Shown: positions 1 to 6,968 of the stretch, one piece after another
How the letters are laid out: each line of letters starts with the position of its first letter
Numbering within the stretch: position 1 is the stretch's first letter
Assembly (NCBI GenBank): GCA_049296095.1
Contig: JBAQRV010000001.1
Coordinates: 60,001-92,000, forward strand
Reading direction: 5' to 3'
Length of the DNA stretch: 32,000 nt
From: Candidatus Saccharimonadota bacterium
Lineage (GTDB): Bacteria; Patescibacteriota; Saccharimonadia; Saccharimonadales; Saccharimonadaceae
Position numbers and translations under genes: made by a program
Notes under the pieces: generated by a model
The model's input: only the letters and a program-made list of their open reading frames with translations
Told to the model about the DNA's origin: nothing
Databases searched by the model: none

Positions 1-1496
1 CGATCGATGCTCATGGATTGTATTTTGAACTTGTCAGTGATGCTAAAGATGCGACCAATATGGACGACGGTGAAGTTGGCAAGTTCGAGGTGACGTGGCA
101 GCCAACTAACCAGGTTGCGGCTCAGCTCGATGATGGCATTCACCGTTACTTCTTTGAAACGCTTGTCGAGAAAAAGATTTATCACGGCGAAGGACTGCTT
201 GTGAATAGTGGCGAGTTTGACGGCATGCCAACCAGCGATGCGCGTGAAGAAATTGTTGCTTGGCTTGAACAGCAGAAACTTGGCCGCAGCAAGACTACCT
301 ACAAGATGCGCGATTGGCTGATTAGCCGTCAGCGCTATTGGGGTGCGCCGATTCCGATTATTCATTGTCCAGAGCACGGTGCGGTGGCGGTACCTGAAGA
401 TCAGCTTCCTGTCATCCTGCCTGAAATTGAAGACTACGCACCAAAAGGTGATGGTCTGTCGGCACTGGCTCGGGCAACAGATTGGGTCAATACGACTTGT
501 CCTGAATGTGGTGGTCCTGCAAAGCGCGAAACCGACACGATGGACGGCTATGCATGTAGTAGCTGGTATTTACTTCGGTATACCGACCCGCATAATGCAG
601 CGCGGGCTTGGGACCCTGAAGTCGCTAACTACTGGAATCCTGTCGACTTTTACGTTGGTGGTGACCACGCGGTGGCTCATTTGCTCTACGTTCGTTTCTG
701 GACGCACGTTTTCCACGAGATGGGACTGGTGAACTTTAAAGAACCAGTCAAAAAGTTAATTTATCACGGCTATATTAACGCCGAAGATGGCTCAAAGATG
801 AGTAAGAGCAAGGGTAATGTGGTGGATCCACTTGATGTGATCGACCAGGGCTATGGCGCTGATGCACTGAGAACTTATTTGCTCTTCATGGGCCCGATTG
901 AACTCGATGCTAGCTGGGATTCTCATGGTATCGCTGGTGTCTACCGATTCTTGAACCGTATCTGGACACTCGCTCAGCAGTATCAATCTGCCGAGAAGAA
1001 TATTACCAAGAATGATGCCGCGATCCGCGTTGCCCAACACAAAACGATCAAGAAGGTGACTGATGATTTCCGTCGGCTGAGTTTTAACACGGCAATTTCT
1101 GGCCTGATGGAATATGTGAACGATCTCTACAAGTTTAAGATCGATGGATTTTCCGAAGAAGTCTGGACTGAAGCATTAAAGACCCTCGTCCAGTTAGTGG
1201 CGCCGTTCGCACCACACATGGCTGATGAGTTGTGGAGTCAATTTGGTGAGCAAGGCCTCGTCCAAAATGCCGCTTGGCCACAGTGGGATGATGCCCTGAC
1301 AACCGAGGATATGATCACGATTGCTGTCCAGGTGAATGGTAAATTGAGAGGCGAGATTTCAATTGCCAAGGATCTCGACGCTGAAGCAGTGAAATCACTT
1401 GCCCTGGCACATGAGAATGTCGCTAAGTTTGTTGGTGAACAAAAACCGACCAAGGTGATTTATGTTCCTGGTCGGTTGGTGAGCGTTGTACTGTAG
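1..1496 (+). CDS. leuS: leucyl-tRNA synthetase, C-terminal ~490 aa (5-prime end lies outside the window)
   Basis: Frame is open from the window edge to TAG at 1494-1496. It has the class I KMSKS loop (GSKMSKSKGN), RDWLISRQRYWG and a CPECGG zinc knuckle, all typical of bacterial LeuRS. Confidence 0.95.
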   Translation, partial: IDAHGLYFELVSDAKDATNMDDGEVGKFEVTWQPTNQVAAQLDDGIHRYFFETLVEKKIYHGEGLLVNSGEFDGMPTSDAREEIVAWLEQQKLGRSKTTYKMRDWLISRQRYWGAPIPIIHCPEHGAVAVPEDQLPVILPEIEDYAPKGDGLSALARATDWVNTTCPECGGPAKRETDTMDGYACSSWYLLRYTDPHNAARAWDPEVANYWNPVDFYVGGDHAVAHLLYVRFWTHVFHEMGLVNFKEPVKKLIYHGYINAEDGSKMSKSKGNVVDPLDVIDQGYGADALRTYLLFMGPIELDASWDSHGIAGVYRFLNRIWTLAQQYQSAEKNITKNDAAIRVAQHKTIKKVTDDFRRLSFNTAISGLMEYVNDLYKFKIDGFSEEVWTEALKTLVQLVAPFAPHMADELWSQFGEQGLVQNAAWPQWDDALTTEDMITIAVQVNGKLRGEISIAKDLDAEAVKSLALAHENVAKFVGEQKPTKVIYVPGRLVSVVL

Positions 1497-1579
1497 GAGA
1501 CTATTTGTCACTGTCTGGTGAATTTTTTGCCTCTGGGGAATTAATCAAGACATCTTTAGTGGCTGGGACCGTAGTTCCG

Positions 1580-2212
1580 TCAGCTGGTAGTATTGGATAC
1601 TCTTTGCGCTGAGAGAGCGGCCTGAGACAACTCAGTTTCATGTGATTCAACAGAGGTAGTCGGTAACTGTACGTCTGGCTCGGCGTCAATAACGTAACTT
1701 GTCCCGATATTGATAAGTTCAACTTTAATACCCGTTCCAGCAGGAATAACTTCGGGTGACTCTGGATGCATTGCAGCGATTTTGTTGCTCACACCTTGGG
1801 CAAGTTCAGTGATCGCTGAAAAGTTAACATTACTTGGGTCAACTGCCGCGTCGAGGACAAGCTCATGAGCCGCTTTATCAATTGTGGATGTAATATCACT
1901 TTCTACTGAAACTACTTTCTCAGCAACAACTTTGTCAGCGGTCAGCATATCAACCGCCCCATCACGTATCTCTGGTGCGAGAGCCGCTCCGCCAGCGACA
2001 ACGAGACCACCGAGCGCTGCCACAGTCGCTATTTTCGCGCCCTTGCTCATTGCCAGGTCGGGATCTTTTTCGGTACGTGAAGTAACTGGCTGAAAGGGTT
2101 GCTCAGTAGGTGTTTGTCGCGGGGCGGTGTCTCGACCGATAAATGGGTTACCTTCACTGGCGTCGATAACTGTATTTTTTCTTTGCTCTGGGGGTGTTTG
2201 TGTTTCGTCCAT
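1580..2212 (-). CDS. hypothetical membrane-anchored protein (one TM, Pro/Thr/Gln-rich N-terminus)
   Basis: ORF-track entry 1580..2233. The hydrophobic segment AKIATVAALGGLVVAGGAALA looks like a TM helix. I recognise no family. The start is ambiguous between ATG 2233 and ATG 2212 (MDETQ). Confidence 0.55.
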   Translation of the reverse strand: MDETQTPPEQRKNTVIDASEGNPFIGRDTAPRQTPTEQPFQPVTSRTEKDPDLAMSKGAKIATVAALGGLVVAGGAALAPEIRDGAVDMLTADKVVAEKVVSVESDITSTIDKAAHELVLDAAVDPSNVNFSAITELAQGVSNKIAAMHPESPEVIPAGTGIKVELINIGTSYVIDAEPDVQLPTTSVESHETELSQAALSAQRVSNTTS

Positions 2213-2255
2213 ATTATCTATACAATACCACATCTCGCGAAGTAAGCATAACCAC

Positions 2256-2284
2256 TTGAGTCTAGGGGTGATAGATAGTATAAT
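2256..2284 (+). promoter_or_regulatory. sigma70-type promoter for rpmF
   Basis: TTGAGT (2256-2261), 17-nt spacer, TATAAT (2279-2284), about 40 nt upstream of the rpmF SD AAAGGAG. Confidence 0.6.
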
Positions 2285-2326
2285 AACGGCAAGTGTTAAT
2301 AACCACCTATAAAAGGAGTACTTTCA

Positions 2327-2476
2327 ATGGGACAACCAAAAAAGCAGAGTAGCCCTCGCAAGACCGGCCTTCGCCGCAGTCACTTGCGTCTTTTGCTCGC
2401 TCGCCGCGTAAACGGTTCATCACCAGTTAAAGTCACGACTACCCGTCGCGAAACTGGCAAGAAAAAAGCTGCTTAG
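2327..2476 (+). CDS. rpmF: 50S ribosomal protein L32 (49 aa; below the ORF-track size cutoff)
   Basis: Hand translation gives MGQPKKQSSPRKTGLRRSHLRLLLARRVNGSSPVKVTTTRRETGKKKAA. The N-terminal PKK..S..K...RRSH pattern is the bL32 signature. An AAAGGAG SD lies 7 nt upstream and the stop is TAG at 2474-2476. Confidence 0.85.
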   Translation: MGQPKKQSSPRKTGLRRSHLRLLLARRVNGSSPVKVTTTRRETGKKKAA

Positions 2477-2520
2477 GCAGTCTTTTCTTCACATTAAAAT
2501 AACAAGAGAACAAACGCATT

Positions 2521-2982
2521 ATGGCATCTAATCGTCATCTCGGTCGCATCGTCGCTTTACAGACACTCTACGAGTTCGAATTTCGGACTCAATCTGATGA
2601 CACGTCAGCAGATGTTACAGAGATTCTAAAACGAAACCTCGATCGCTACGATACGGCAATCGAAGATACCAAGTTCGTCGAAGCACTGGTCAAGGGGGTG
2701 CTGAAAGAGCAAGGAGATTTGGATGCAAAGATCCAGCCGATTGCTCCAGATTGGCCAATCGAGCAAATCGCTCGGATTGATCGCACTATTTTACGAATGG
2801 GCGTGTACGAATTACTCCACCAGGGAGACGTCGTGCCACCAAAAGTAGTCATCAATGAAGCTGTCGAGCTCGCAAAAGCGTTTGGTTCTGATAACTCCAG
2901 TAAGTTTATAAACGGTGTGCTGGGAACAGCTTACCGAACACTTATTGAGGGAGCAGAAAATGCCAGCAGCACCACAGTTTGA
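2521..2982 (+). CDS. nusB: transcription antitermination factor NusB
   Basis: 153 aa. R..A(L)Q.LY..E at the N-terminus, NEAVELAK.F and FINGVLG motifs are typical of NusB. It ends with a TGA stop. Confidence 0.9.
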   Translation: MASNRHLGRIVALQTLYEFEFRTQSDDTSADVTEILKRNLDRYDTAIEDTKFVEALVKGVLKEQGDLDAKIQPIAPDWPIEQIARIDRTILRMGVYELLHQGDVVPPKVVINEAVELAKAFGSDNSSKFINGVLGTAYRTLIEGAENASSTTV

Positions 2983-3454
2983 TAAATTCAAGAAATACTT
3001 TTCCAGGAAGAAGCCATCCATTCAAGAAATCGTTCGTGAACCGACCGCTGGTGGGATTGTGTTTCGTCATGGCAAAAAAGGTGTCGAGATCTTATTGATT
3101 CAAGATGCCAAGGATCGCTGGACGATTCCCAAGGGCCACATCGAAGAAGGCGAGACTGCACAGCAGACCGCAAAGCGTGAGATCGGGGAAGAAGCCGGTC
3201 TCAAAGAGGTAGATGTCCTCGGTTGGCTTGGTAAGATCCATTTCCGTTACCGCCGTATCGACAAGCTTGTCCTGATGACCACTCAAATCTACTTGGTGCG
3301 CGCCAAAGGTGATACCGACGCTATTCAAAAAGAGGAGTGGATGAACGGCATTAAATGGTTTGGCTTTCATGATGCTTTGGATGCGATTGAATATGAAGAT
3401 ATTGGAAAATTAATGCTTCTTGCGATGAAACGTATAAGACAGGAGAATTTATAG
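2960..3454 (+). CDS. NUDIX hydrolase
   Basis: Complete Nudix box GHIEEGETAQQTAKREIGEEAGL (GX5EX7REUXEEXGU). The likely start is ATG 2960 (MPAAPQ), overlapping the nusB end. Its stop overlaps the rnc GTG start. Confidence 0.85.
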   Translation: MPAAPQFDKFKKYFSRKKPSIQEIVREPTAGGIVFRHGKKGVEILLIQDAKDRWTIPKGHIEEGETAQQTAKREIGEEAGLKEVDVLGWLGKIHFRYRRIDKLVLMTTQIYLVRAKGDTDAIQKEEWMNGIKWFGFHDALDAIEYEDIGKLMLLAMKRIRQENL

Positions 3455-4164
3455 TGAGCGGAATGTTGGTAGCCCCGTATCAGGAGTTTGCACGAGAGAA
3501 ACTTGGGTTTGAATTTAAAAATATCGATCTTCTCGTCACTGCCTTCACGCACCGTAGCTATGTCAATGAGCATCGTAAGAGCGTCAGCGAACACAACGAG
3601 CGCCTCGAATTCCTTGGTGATGCCGTTCTCGAGTTGGTCGTCACTGACTTTTTGTTCAAAAACTACAGCGAGCAAGAGGGAATCCTGACAAGTTGGCGAG
3701 CTGCCTTGGTGCGCACCGAGAGTATCGGTGAGGCTGGCCAGAAGATTGGCTATGAACCACTGATTCGTATGAGTCGCGGTGAAAAACAGGGCGGTGAACG
3801 GGCAAGGCAGCAGATCTTGGCTAACGCTTTTGAGGCCCTGATCGGTGCCATTTACCTTGAGCGTGGCTATGACGATGCGGCTGAGTTCATCCACAAACAC
3901 ATCTCAAGCAAACTTGAAAATATTCTCACAGAGGGGAGTTGGCGCGATCCAAAATCTCACCTCCAGGAAGTGATGCAACGAAAAGATGGCGTGACGCCTC
4001 GCTACGTCGTGATTGAAGAAGTTGGCCCAGACCACGACAAGATCTTCACACTTGGTGTTTACTCGGGTGACCGTTTAGTGAGCAAGGGAACCGGTCCTAG
4101 TAAGCAACACGCTCAGCAGGAGGCGGCTCGAGAGGCGCTCCTCACCTATGAAAAGGGTGAGTAA
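3454..4164 (+). CDS. rnc: ribonuclease III
   Basis: RNase III signature ERLEFLGDAVLELVV plus a C-terminal dsRBD (KSHLQE...GPDHDK.F...G.G.SKQ.AQQEAA). The GTG start at 3454 is coupled to the upstream stop. Confidence 0.95.
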   Translation: MSGMLVAPYQEFAREKLGFEFKNIDLLVTAFTHRSYVNEHRKSVSEHNERLEFLGDAVLELVVTDFLFKNYSEQEGILTSWRAALVRTESIGEAGQKIGYEPLIRMSRGEKQGGERARQQILANAFEALIGAIYLERGYDDAAEFIHKHISSKLENILTEGSWRDPKSHLQEVMQRKDGVTPRYVVIEEVGPDHDKIFTLGVYSGDRLVSKGTGPSKQHAQQEAAREALLTYEKGE

Positions 4165-4166
4165 GC

Positions 4167-4195
4167 TTGACTTACAGATGAGGAAAGTGTAAAAT
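4167..4195 (+). promoter_or_regulatory. sigma70-type promoter for rpsP
   Basis: TTGACT (4167-4172), 17-nt spacer, TAAAAT (4190-4195). The SD AAAGGAAG precedes ATG 4245. Confidence 0.6.
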
Positions 4196-4244
4196 CATCC
4201 GAGAGTTAAAAATAATTATAAAGAGTCAAAGGAAGTTTTAATTT

Positions 4245-4706
4245 ATGCTCGCAATTCGTTTGCAACGCGTCGGACGCAAGGGATACGCTACGTATCGTCT
4301 CGCTGTTCAAGAAGCGCAGCGCCACCCATCAAGTGGCCGCGTCGTCGCCTATGTTGGTAGCTACAACCCACACACCAAAGCTGTTACCGTTCAGGTTGAG
4401 GCTGCTCAGAAGTACCTCGATAATGGTGCGCAACCAACCCCTCGTGTGGTCAAGCTTCTCAAAGATGCTGGCGTAAAGCTTCCTAAATGGGTTGTTGAAC
4501 CAAAAAGCGACAAGACTAAGGCAATTCGCGACACTGAAAAGCTTCGCCGAAACCGTCCTGCTGAAGAGGTTGAAGAAGTAACTGAAGCCCCTGAAGAGCC
4601 AATCGAAGCAGCCTCTGCTGTTGAAGAAGGCGCTGCTGACGAAGTTGAGACTGGGACTGTTGATGCAGAACCAGAAGAAGCTGCTGCAGAAGAAAAAGCA
4701 GAATAA
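4245..4706 (+). CDS. rpsP: 30S ribosomal protein S16 with a ~60-aa acidic C-terminal extension
   Basis: The N-terminus MLAIRLQRVGRKGYATYRLAV...GSYNPHTK is canonical bS16. The tail is Glu/Ala-rich (EEVEEVTEAPEEPIEAASAVEEGAADE...). Confidence 0.95.
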   Translation: MLAIRLQRVGRKGYATYRLAVQEAQRHPSSGRVVAYVGSYNPHTKAVTVQVEAAQKYLDNGAQPTPRVVKLLKDAGVKLPKWVVEPKSDKTKAIRDTEKLRRNRPAEEVEEVTEAPEEPIEAASAVEEGAADEVETGTVDAEPEEAAAEEKAE

Positions 4707-4721
4707 TCTTTTCCAAACAAT

Positions 4722-4753
4722 AAATATCCCTCGCTCTCGGGGGATATTTTTTA
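4722..4753 (+). terminator. rho-independent terminator of rpsP
   Basis: AAATATCCC (4722-4730) pairs with GGGATATTT (4741-4749) and runs into a T-tract (to 4752). Confidence 0.75.
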
Positions 4754-4768
4754 TGGCTGAAATTGCGA

Positions 4769-4806
4769 AACCCCCGCGCACTCGTTGCCGAGCGTTGGCG
4801 GGGGTT
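4769..4806 (-). terminator. GC-rich hairpin, likely terminator of the minus-strand cassette 4850-5194
   Basis: CCCCCGC (4771-4777) pairs with GCGGGGG (4798-4804), with an inner CTCG/CGAG helix. On the minus strand it is followed by TTTCGCAATTT. Confidence 0.55.
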
Positions 4807-4849
4807 CATCTGGTATAGAACCAGGCATCGAGACGAATGTCTCGGGGTG

Positions 4850-4987
4850 TCAGTATGTTACTGACCTGGAGCTCTTGAGGGACTTGGTCCTCAACTCACG
4901 AAAGTTCTTGAAGTGCTTTCGTGACAACTTGAGTGCTCTCTTGAGCCTGCGAGCTTCGGACCACCTCTTGCAGATGCTTTTGAACAT
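4850..4987 (-). CDS. hypothetical 45-aa strongly basic microprotein (not in ORF track)
   Basis: Hand translation gives MFKSICKRWSEARRLKRALKLSRKHFKNFRELRTKSLKSSRSVTY (16 K/R of 45). An AAGGAG SD lies upstream, 15 nt after the stop of the preceding ORF. The stop is TGA (plus-strand tca 4850-4852). Confidence 0.45.
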   Translation of the reverse strand: MFKSICKRWSEARRLKRALKLSRKHFKNFRELRTKSLKSSRSVTY

Positions 4988-5002
4988 CTCTATCCTTTCT
5001 CC

Positions 5003-5194
5003 TTAGGCAGCCAGCAGGAATCGCTGAGCCAGCGACTCGACTTCGTTGATCTGCCGAGGGTTCAGGCCCGCGACATGGGGCGGCTCGAGTCCGCAGTTCA
5101 GTTCGTCGAGGTACGTCTGTGCGGCCGAAGCCGCTTCAGGCGTCCAGCTTTGTCTACGAGCGATTTGCTCGAGTTCGAACAAATATTCAGGCAT
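5003..5194 (-). CDS. hypothetical 63-aa acidic protein
   Basis: Part of ORF-track entry 5003..5212. The start is taken at ATG 5194 (MPEYLFELEQ...), which has a TAAGGA SD 5 nt upstream. There are 9 D/E versus 4 R. I recognise no family. Confidence 0.55.
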   Translation of the reverse strand: MPEYLFELEQIARRQSWTPEAASAAQTYLDELNCGLEPPHVAGLNPRQINEVESLAQRFLLAA

Positions 5195-5241
5195 GAAAAT
5201 CCTTATGTACATATGTTACGGAAGGTCCGAAACATACCGAG

Positions 5242-5270
5242 ACTATACAACTTATCAACAAAAAAGTCAA
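5242..5270 (-). promoter_or_regulatory. near-consensus sigma70 promoter of cassette 1 (minus strand)
   Basis: Read on the minus strand: TTGACT (5270-5265), 17-nt spacer, TATAGT (5247-5242). The -35 context ATTGACTTTTTTGT is identical to that of the 6919-6947 promoter. Confidence 0.65.
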
Positions 5271-5294
5271 TCTACATTACCATAGGCACTTTCA

Positions 5295-5303
5295 TGCTAC
5301 AAT
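5295..5303 (+). promoter_or_regulatory. extended -10 element upstream of the KH-protein gene
   Basis: TGcTACAAT at 5295-5303. The SD AAGGGGG precedes ATG 5364. Confidence 0.45.
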
Positions 5304-5363
5304 AAAATCACGATATCAGTAGCGCGACCAACGTCACGAACCAATGTCACTAAAGGGGGAATT

Positions 5364-5795
5364 ATGTCGACCATTGACCAGCAATTCATAGAATATATCG
5401 TAAAATCTGTCGTTGGACATCCTGACGATGTTATTGTTGAGCGAATCATCGATGAAAAAGGTGTACTCTTAACACTGACCGTCAATCCAGAAGATCTCGG
5501 ACGTGTCATCGGTAAGCGTGGTGTGACGGCTCAGAGCCTCCGAACCTTGCTGCGTGCACTCGGTACTAAAAACGATGCTCGTTATAACTTGAAGATTGTA
5601 AACAATGATGGCGACACCCGTCCTCAGGCCGAATTTTCTTCTGATGATGCTCGTGTTGAACGTGTTGAAGAGACAATTCCCGAAGAATCAGAAGTACCTG
5701 TGGAAACTTCGACAGATGAGGCTGTGGACAAGAGTTCGGACTACTCAAAAAAGACCCGAGCAGAGCTTGCAGAACTCGACGACCTTGATATATAA
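5364..5795 (+). CDS. khpA: KH-domain RNA-binding protein (UPF0109/KhpA-like) with an acidic C-terminal extension
   Basis: The core LGRVIGKRGVTAQSLRTLLRA carries the KH GXXG loop, in the usual position after rpsP. The extra ~65 aa are Asp/Glu-rich. Confidence 0.8.
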   Translation: MSTIDQQFIEYIVKSVVGHPDDVIVERIIDEKGVLLTLTVNPEDLGRVIGKRGVTAQSLRTLLRALGTKNDARYNLKIVNNDGDTRPQAEFSSDDARVERVEETIPEESEVPVETSTDEAVDKSSDYSKKTRAELAELDDLDI

Positions 5796-5883
5796 TACTG
5801 CTTAAGTTCAGAACACTTATTGAACTGCGAGATCAGCTCATGCGAGCGACAAATCACCACATTTGTTGAGAGCCTATGTGTAT

Positions 5884-5914
5884 AAAAAACCGCCCTTTAG
5901 TGGGCGGTTTTTTT
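5884..5914. terminator. bidirectional rho-independent terminator shared by khpA (+) and the 6009-6860 cassette (-)
   Basis: CCGCCC (5890-5895) pairs with GGGCGG (5902-5907). An A-tract lies on the left and a T-tract (5908-5914) on the right. Confidence 0.8.
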
Positions 5915-6008
5915 GTTGAAAGCAAGCTAGGATATCGATGATTCAATATGCTAGTTTGCCGCCCGGGATCAACCCGTTTGGCATTTGTGATGCAAAGGGG
6001 ATCCCAGG

Positions 6009-6398
6009 CTATTTCTCCCAATCAGGCTTGATGCTGTCACCACTTGCGCTGACTAGCTGTCGAGGCTTGAAGCCGACTGAATCGGCCTGCGGCCGCATCA
6101 TCTGGTCAACGGCAAGCTGCTTGGCGACCTCAGTTGGGAGCATGTATACACGAGGATTCCATGGGCCACTTGCATCACGCGGCACGCCGGACTCAGTGTA
6201 TGGGATGGTCTTCAGGCCTCCGCGGTACATGATTCCCATTACGCCTTCTTTGAGGCGGGCGGTGACATGTAGTGAGTTCGACTGAAGGCCGATGAAATCA
6301 TCCACCACGTTGCCGTTCTCATCAAAGTGAGTGACGACGACGTCGTTATCGCGTTGTAGGTCGGTGACCGACAGCGCGTTGGGGTGAGGGCGTTGCAT
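6009..6398 (-). CDS. hypothetical soluble protein, 129 aa
   Basis: ORF-track entry 6009..6482 opens at a TTG. I prefer ATG 6398 (MQRPHPNAL...), which has a GGAG SD 6 nt upstream. I recognise no family and see no TM segment. Confidence 0.6.
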   Translation of the reverse strand: MQRPHPNALSVTDLQRDNDVVVTHFDENGNVVDDFIGLQSNSLHVTARLKEGVMGIMYRGGLKTIPYTESGVPRDASGPWNPRVYMLPTEVAKQLAVDQMMRPQADSVGFKPRQLVSASGDSIKPDWEK

Positions 6399-6502
6399 TA
6401 CTGCTCCAAATTGTCGAGGGTGACAGACCAAACTTCTGTTTGGGCCAAAGCTTACAATAGCACAAATTAGAGTAGTGGTCAATCTGTAGGTAGTGAGATG
6501 AG

Positions 6503-6554
6503 CGAGTAACTAACACGGAGATGAATAAAGCTTCATCGCTGTGTTAGTTGCTCG
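6503..6554. repeat. long imperfect inverted repeat (hairpin A) between the two cassette-2 genes
   Basis: Three stacked helices: GATGAA/TTCATC (6520-6525/6532-6537), AACTAACAC/GTGTTAGTT (6508-6516/6541-6549) and CGAGT/GCTCG (6503-6507/6550-6554). The loop is 6 nt. Confidence 0.8.
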
Positions 6555-6570
6555 AGTCTCCTCGAACAAC
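6547..6570. repeat. hairpin B, overlapping the right arm of hairpin A
   Basis: GTTGCTCGAG (6547-6556), loop TCTC, CTCGAACAAC (6561-6570); 9 of 10 positions pair. It shares 6547-6554 with hairpin A, so the two cannot form together. Confidence 0.7.
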
Positions 6571-6611
6571 TAATGGTTGTGAGAAGCTCGAGCGCGGATG
6601 TCTCGAAGTGG

Positions 6612-6860
6612 CTACTTGCGGGTCCTTGTCGCCTTGAATCGTTCGAAGGATTCATAGCAGACAAAGCTTGTCAGCAAGGCAGCGCCGACGGAGGCGGCCA
6701 GTGACACGATGCCGTAGGTGATCGCGTGGGCGAGTGGTGCATCGGTTCGTATTCCGATTTCAACCACCGAGCAGATGGCGAAGGTCCACAGAACCAGCGC
6801 GATGGCGCAGTCGATAATGAACTGCTGTAGCGGGCTCGGCTCTTGTTTCAGTTGAGGCAT
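6612..6860 (-). CDS. hypothetical two-TM membrane protein, 82 aa, basic C-terminal tail
   Basis: Two hydrophobic spans (FIIDCAIALVLWTFAICSVVEIGI and AITYGIVSLAASVGAALLTSFVCY) and the tail FERFKATRTRK. An AAGGGAG SD lies upstream of ATG 6860. Confidence 0.65.
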   Translation of the reverse strand: MPQLKQEPSPLQQFIIDCAIALVLWTFAICSVVEIGIRTDAPLAHAITYGIVSLAASVGAALLTSFVCYESFERFKATRTRK

Positions 6861-6918
6861 AATACTCCCTTGAACGTGAATGTACGATGGACTGTCAAAC
6901 GACGAGATATCTTCCTTA

Positions 6919-6947
6919 ATTATAGTACATATTTACAAAAAAGTCAA
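6919..6947 (-). promoter_or_regulatory. consensus-like sigma70 promoter of cassette 2 (minus strand)
   Basis: Read on the minus strand: TTGACT (6947-6942), 17-nt spacer, TATAAT (6924-6919). Confidence 0.7.
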
Positions 6948-6968
6948 TGTACCGTACACTGGTGAGAG

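Noticed and set aside
3367-3900. 177-aa minus-strand ORF
   Set aside because: It lies entirely antisense to rnc, which carries the unmistakable RNase III signature. It has no SD or promoter and a low-information sequence, so I treat it as a shadow ORF.
4560-4700. Repetitive GAAGAAG/GCTGCTG strings that could look like a tandem or CRISPR-like repeat
   Set aside because: There is no regular repeat-spacer periodicity. The pattern is in-frame Glu/Ala codon repetition inside rpsP.
4329-4809. Three overlapping minus-strand ORFs (150, 104 and 97 aa) with Ser/Leu/Gln-rich repeats
   Set aside because: They are the reverse-complement reading of the GAA/GCT-rich acidic tail of rpsP. Their low-complexity translations are by-products of codon repetition, not genes.
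5080-5094. tRNA T-arm-like stem-loop GCGG-CTCGAGT-CCGC
   Set aside because: No acceptor, D or anticodon arms can be built around it, and it lies inside the 63-aa ORF. Not a tRNA.
5938-6285. 115-aa plus-strand ORF opposite the 6009..6398 gene
   Set aside because: The promoter, SD and terminator all support the minus strand. The plus ORF starts inside the terminator region with no SD.
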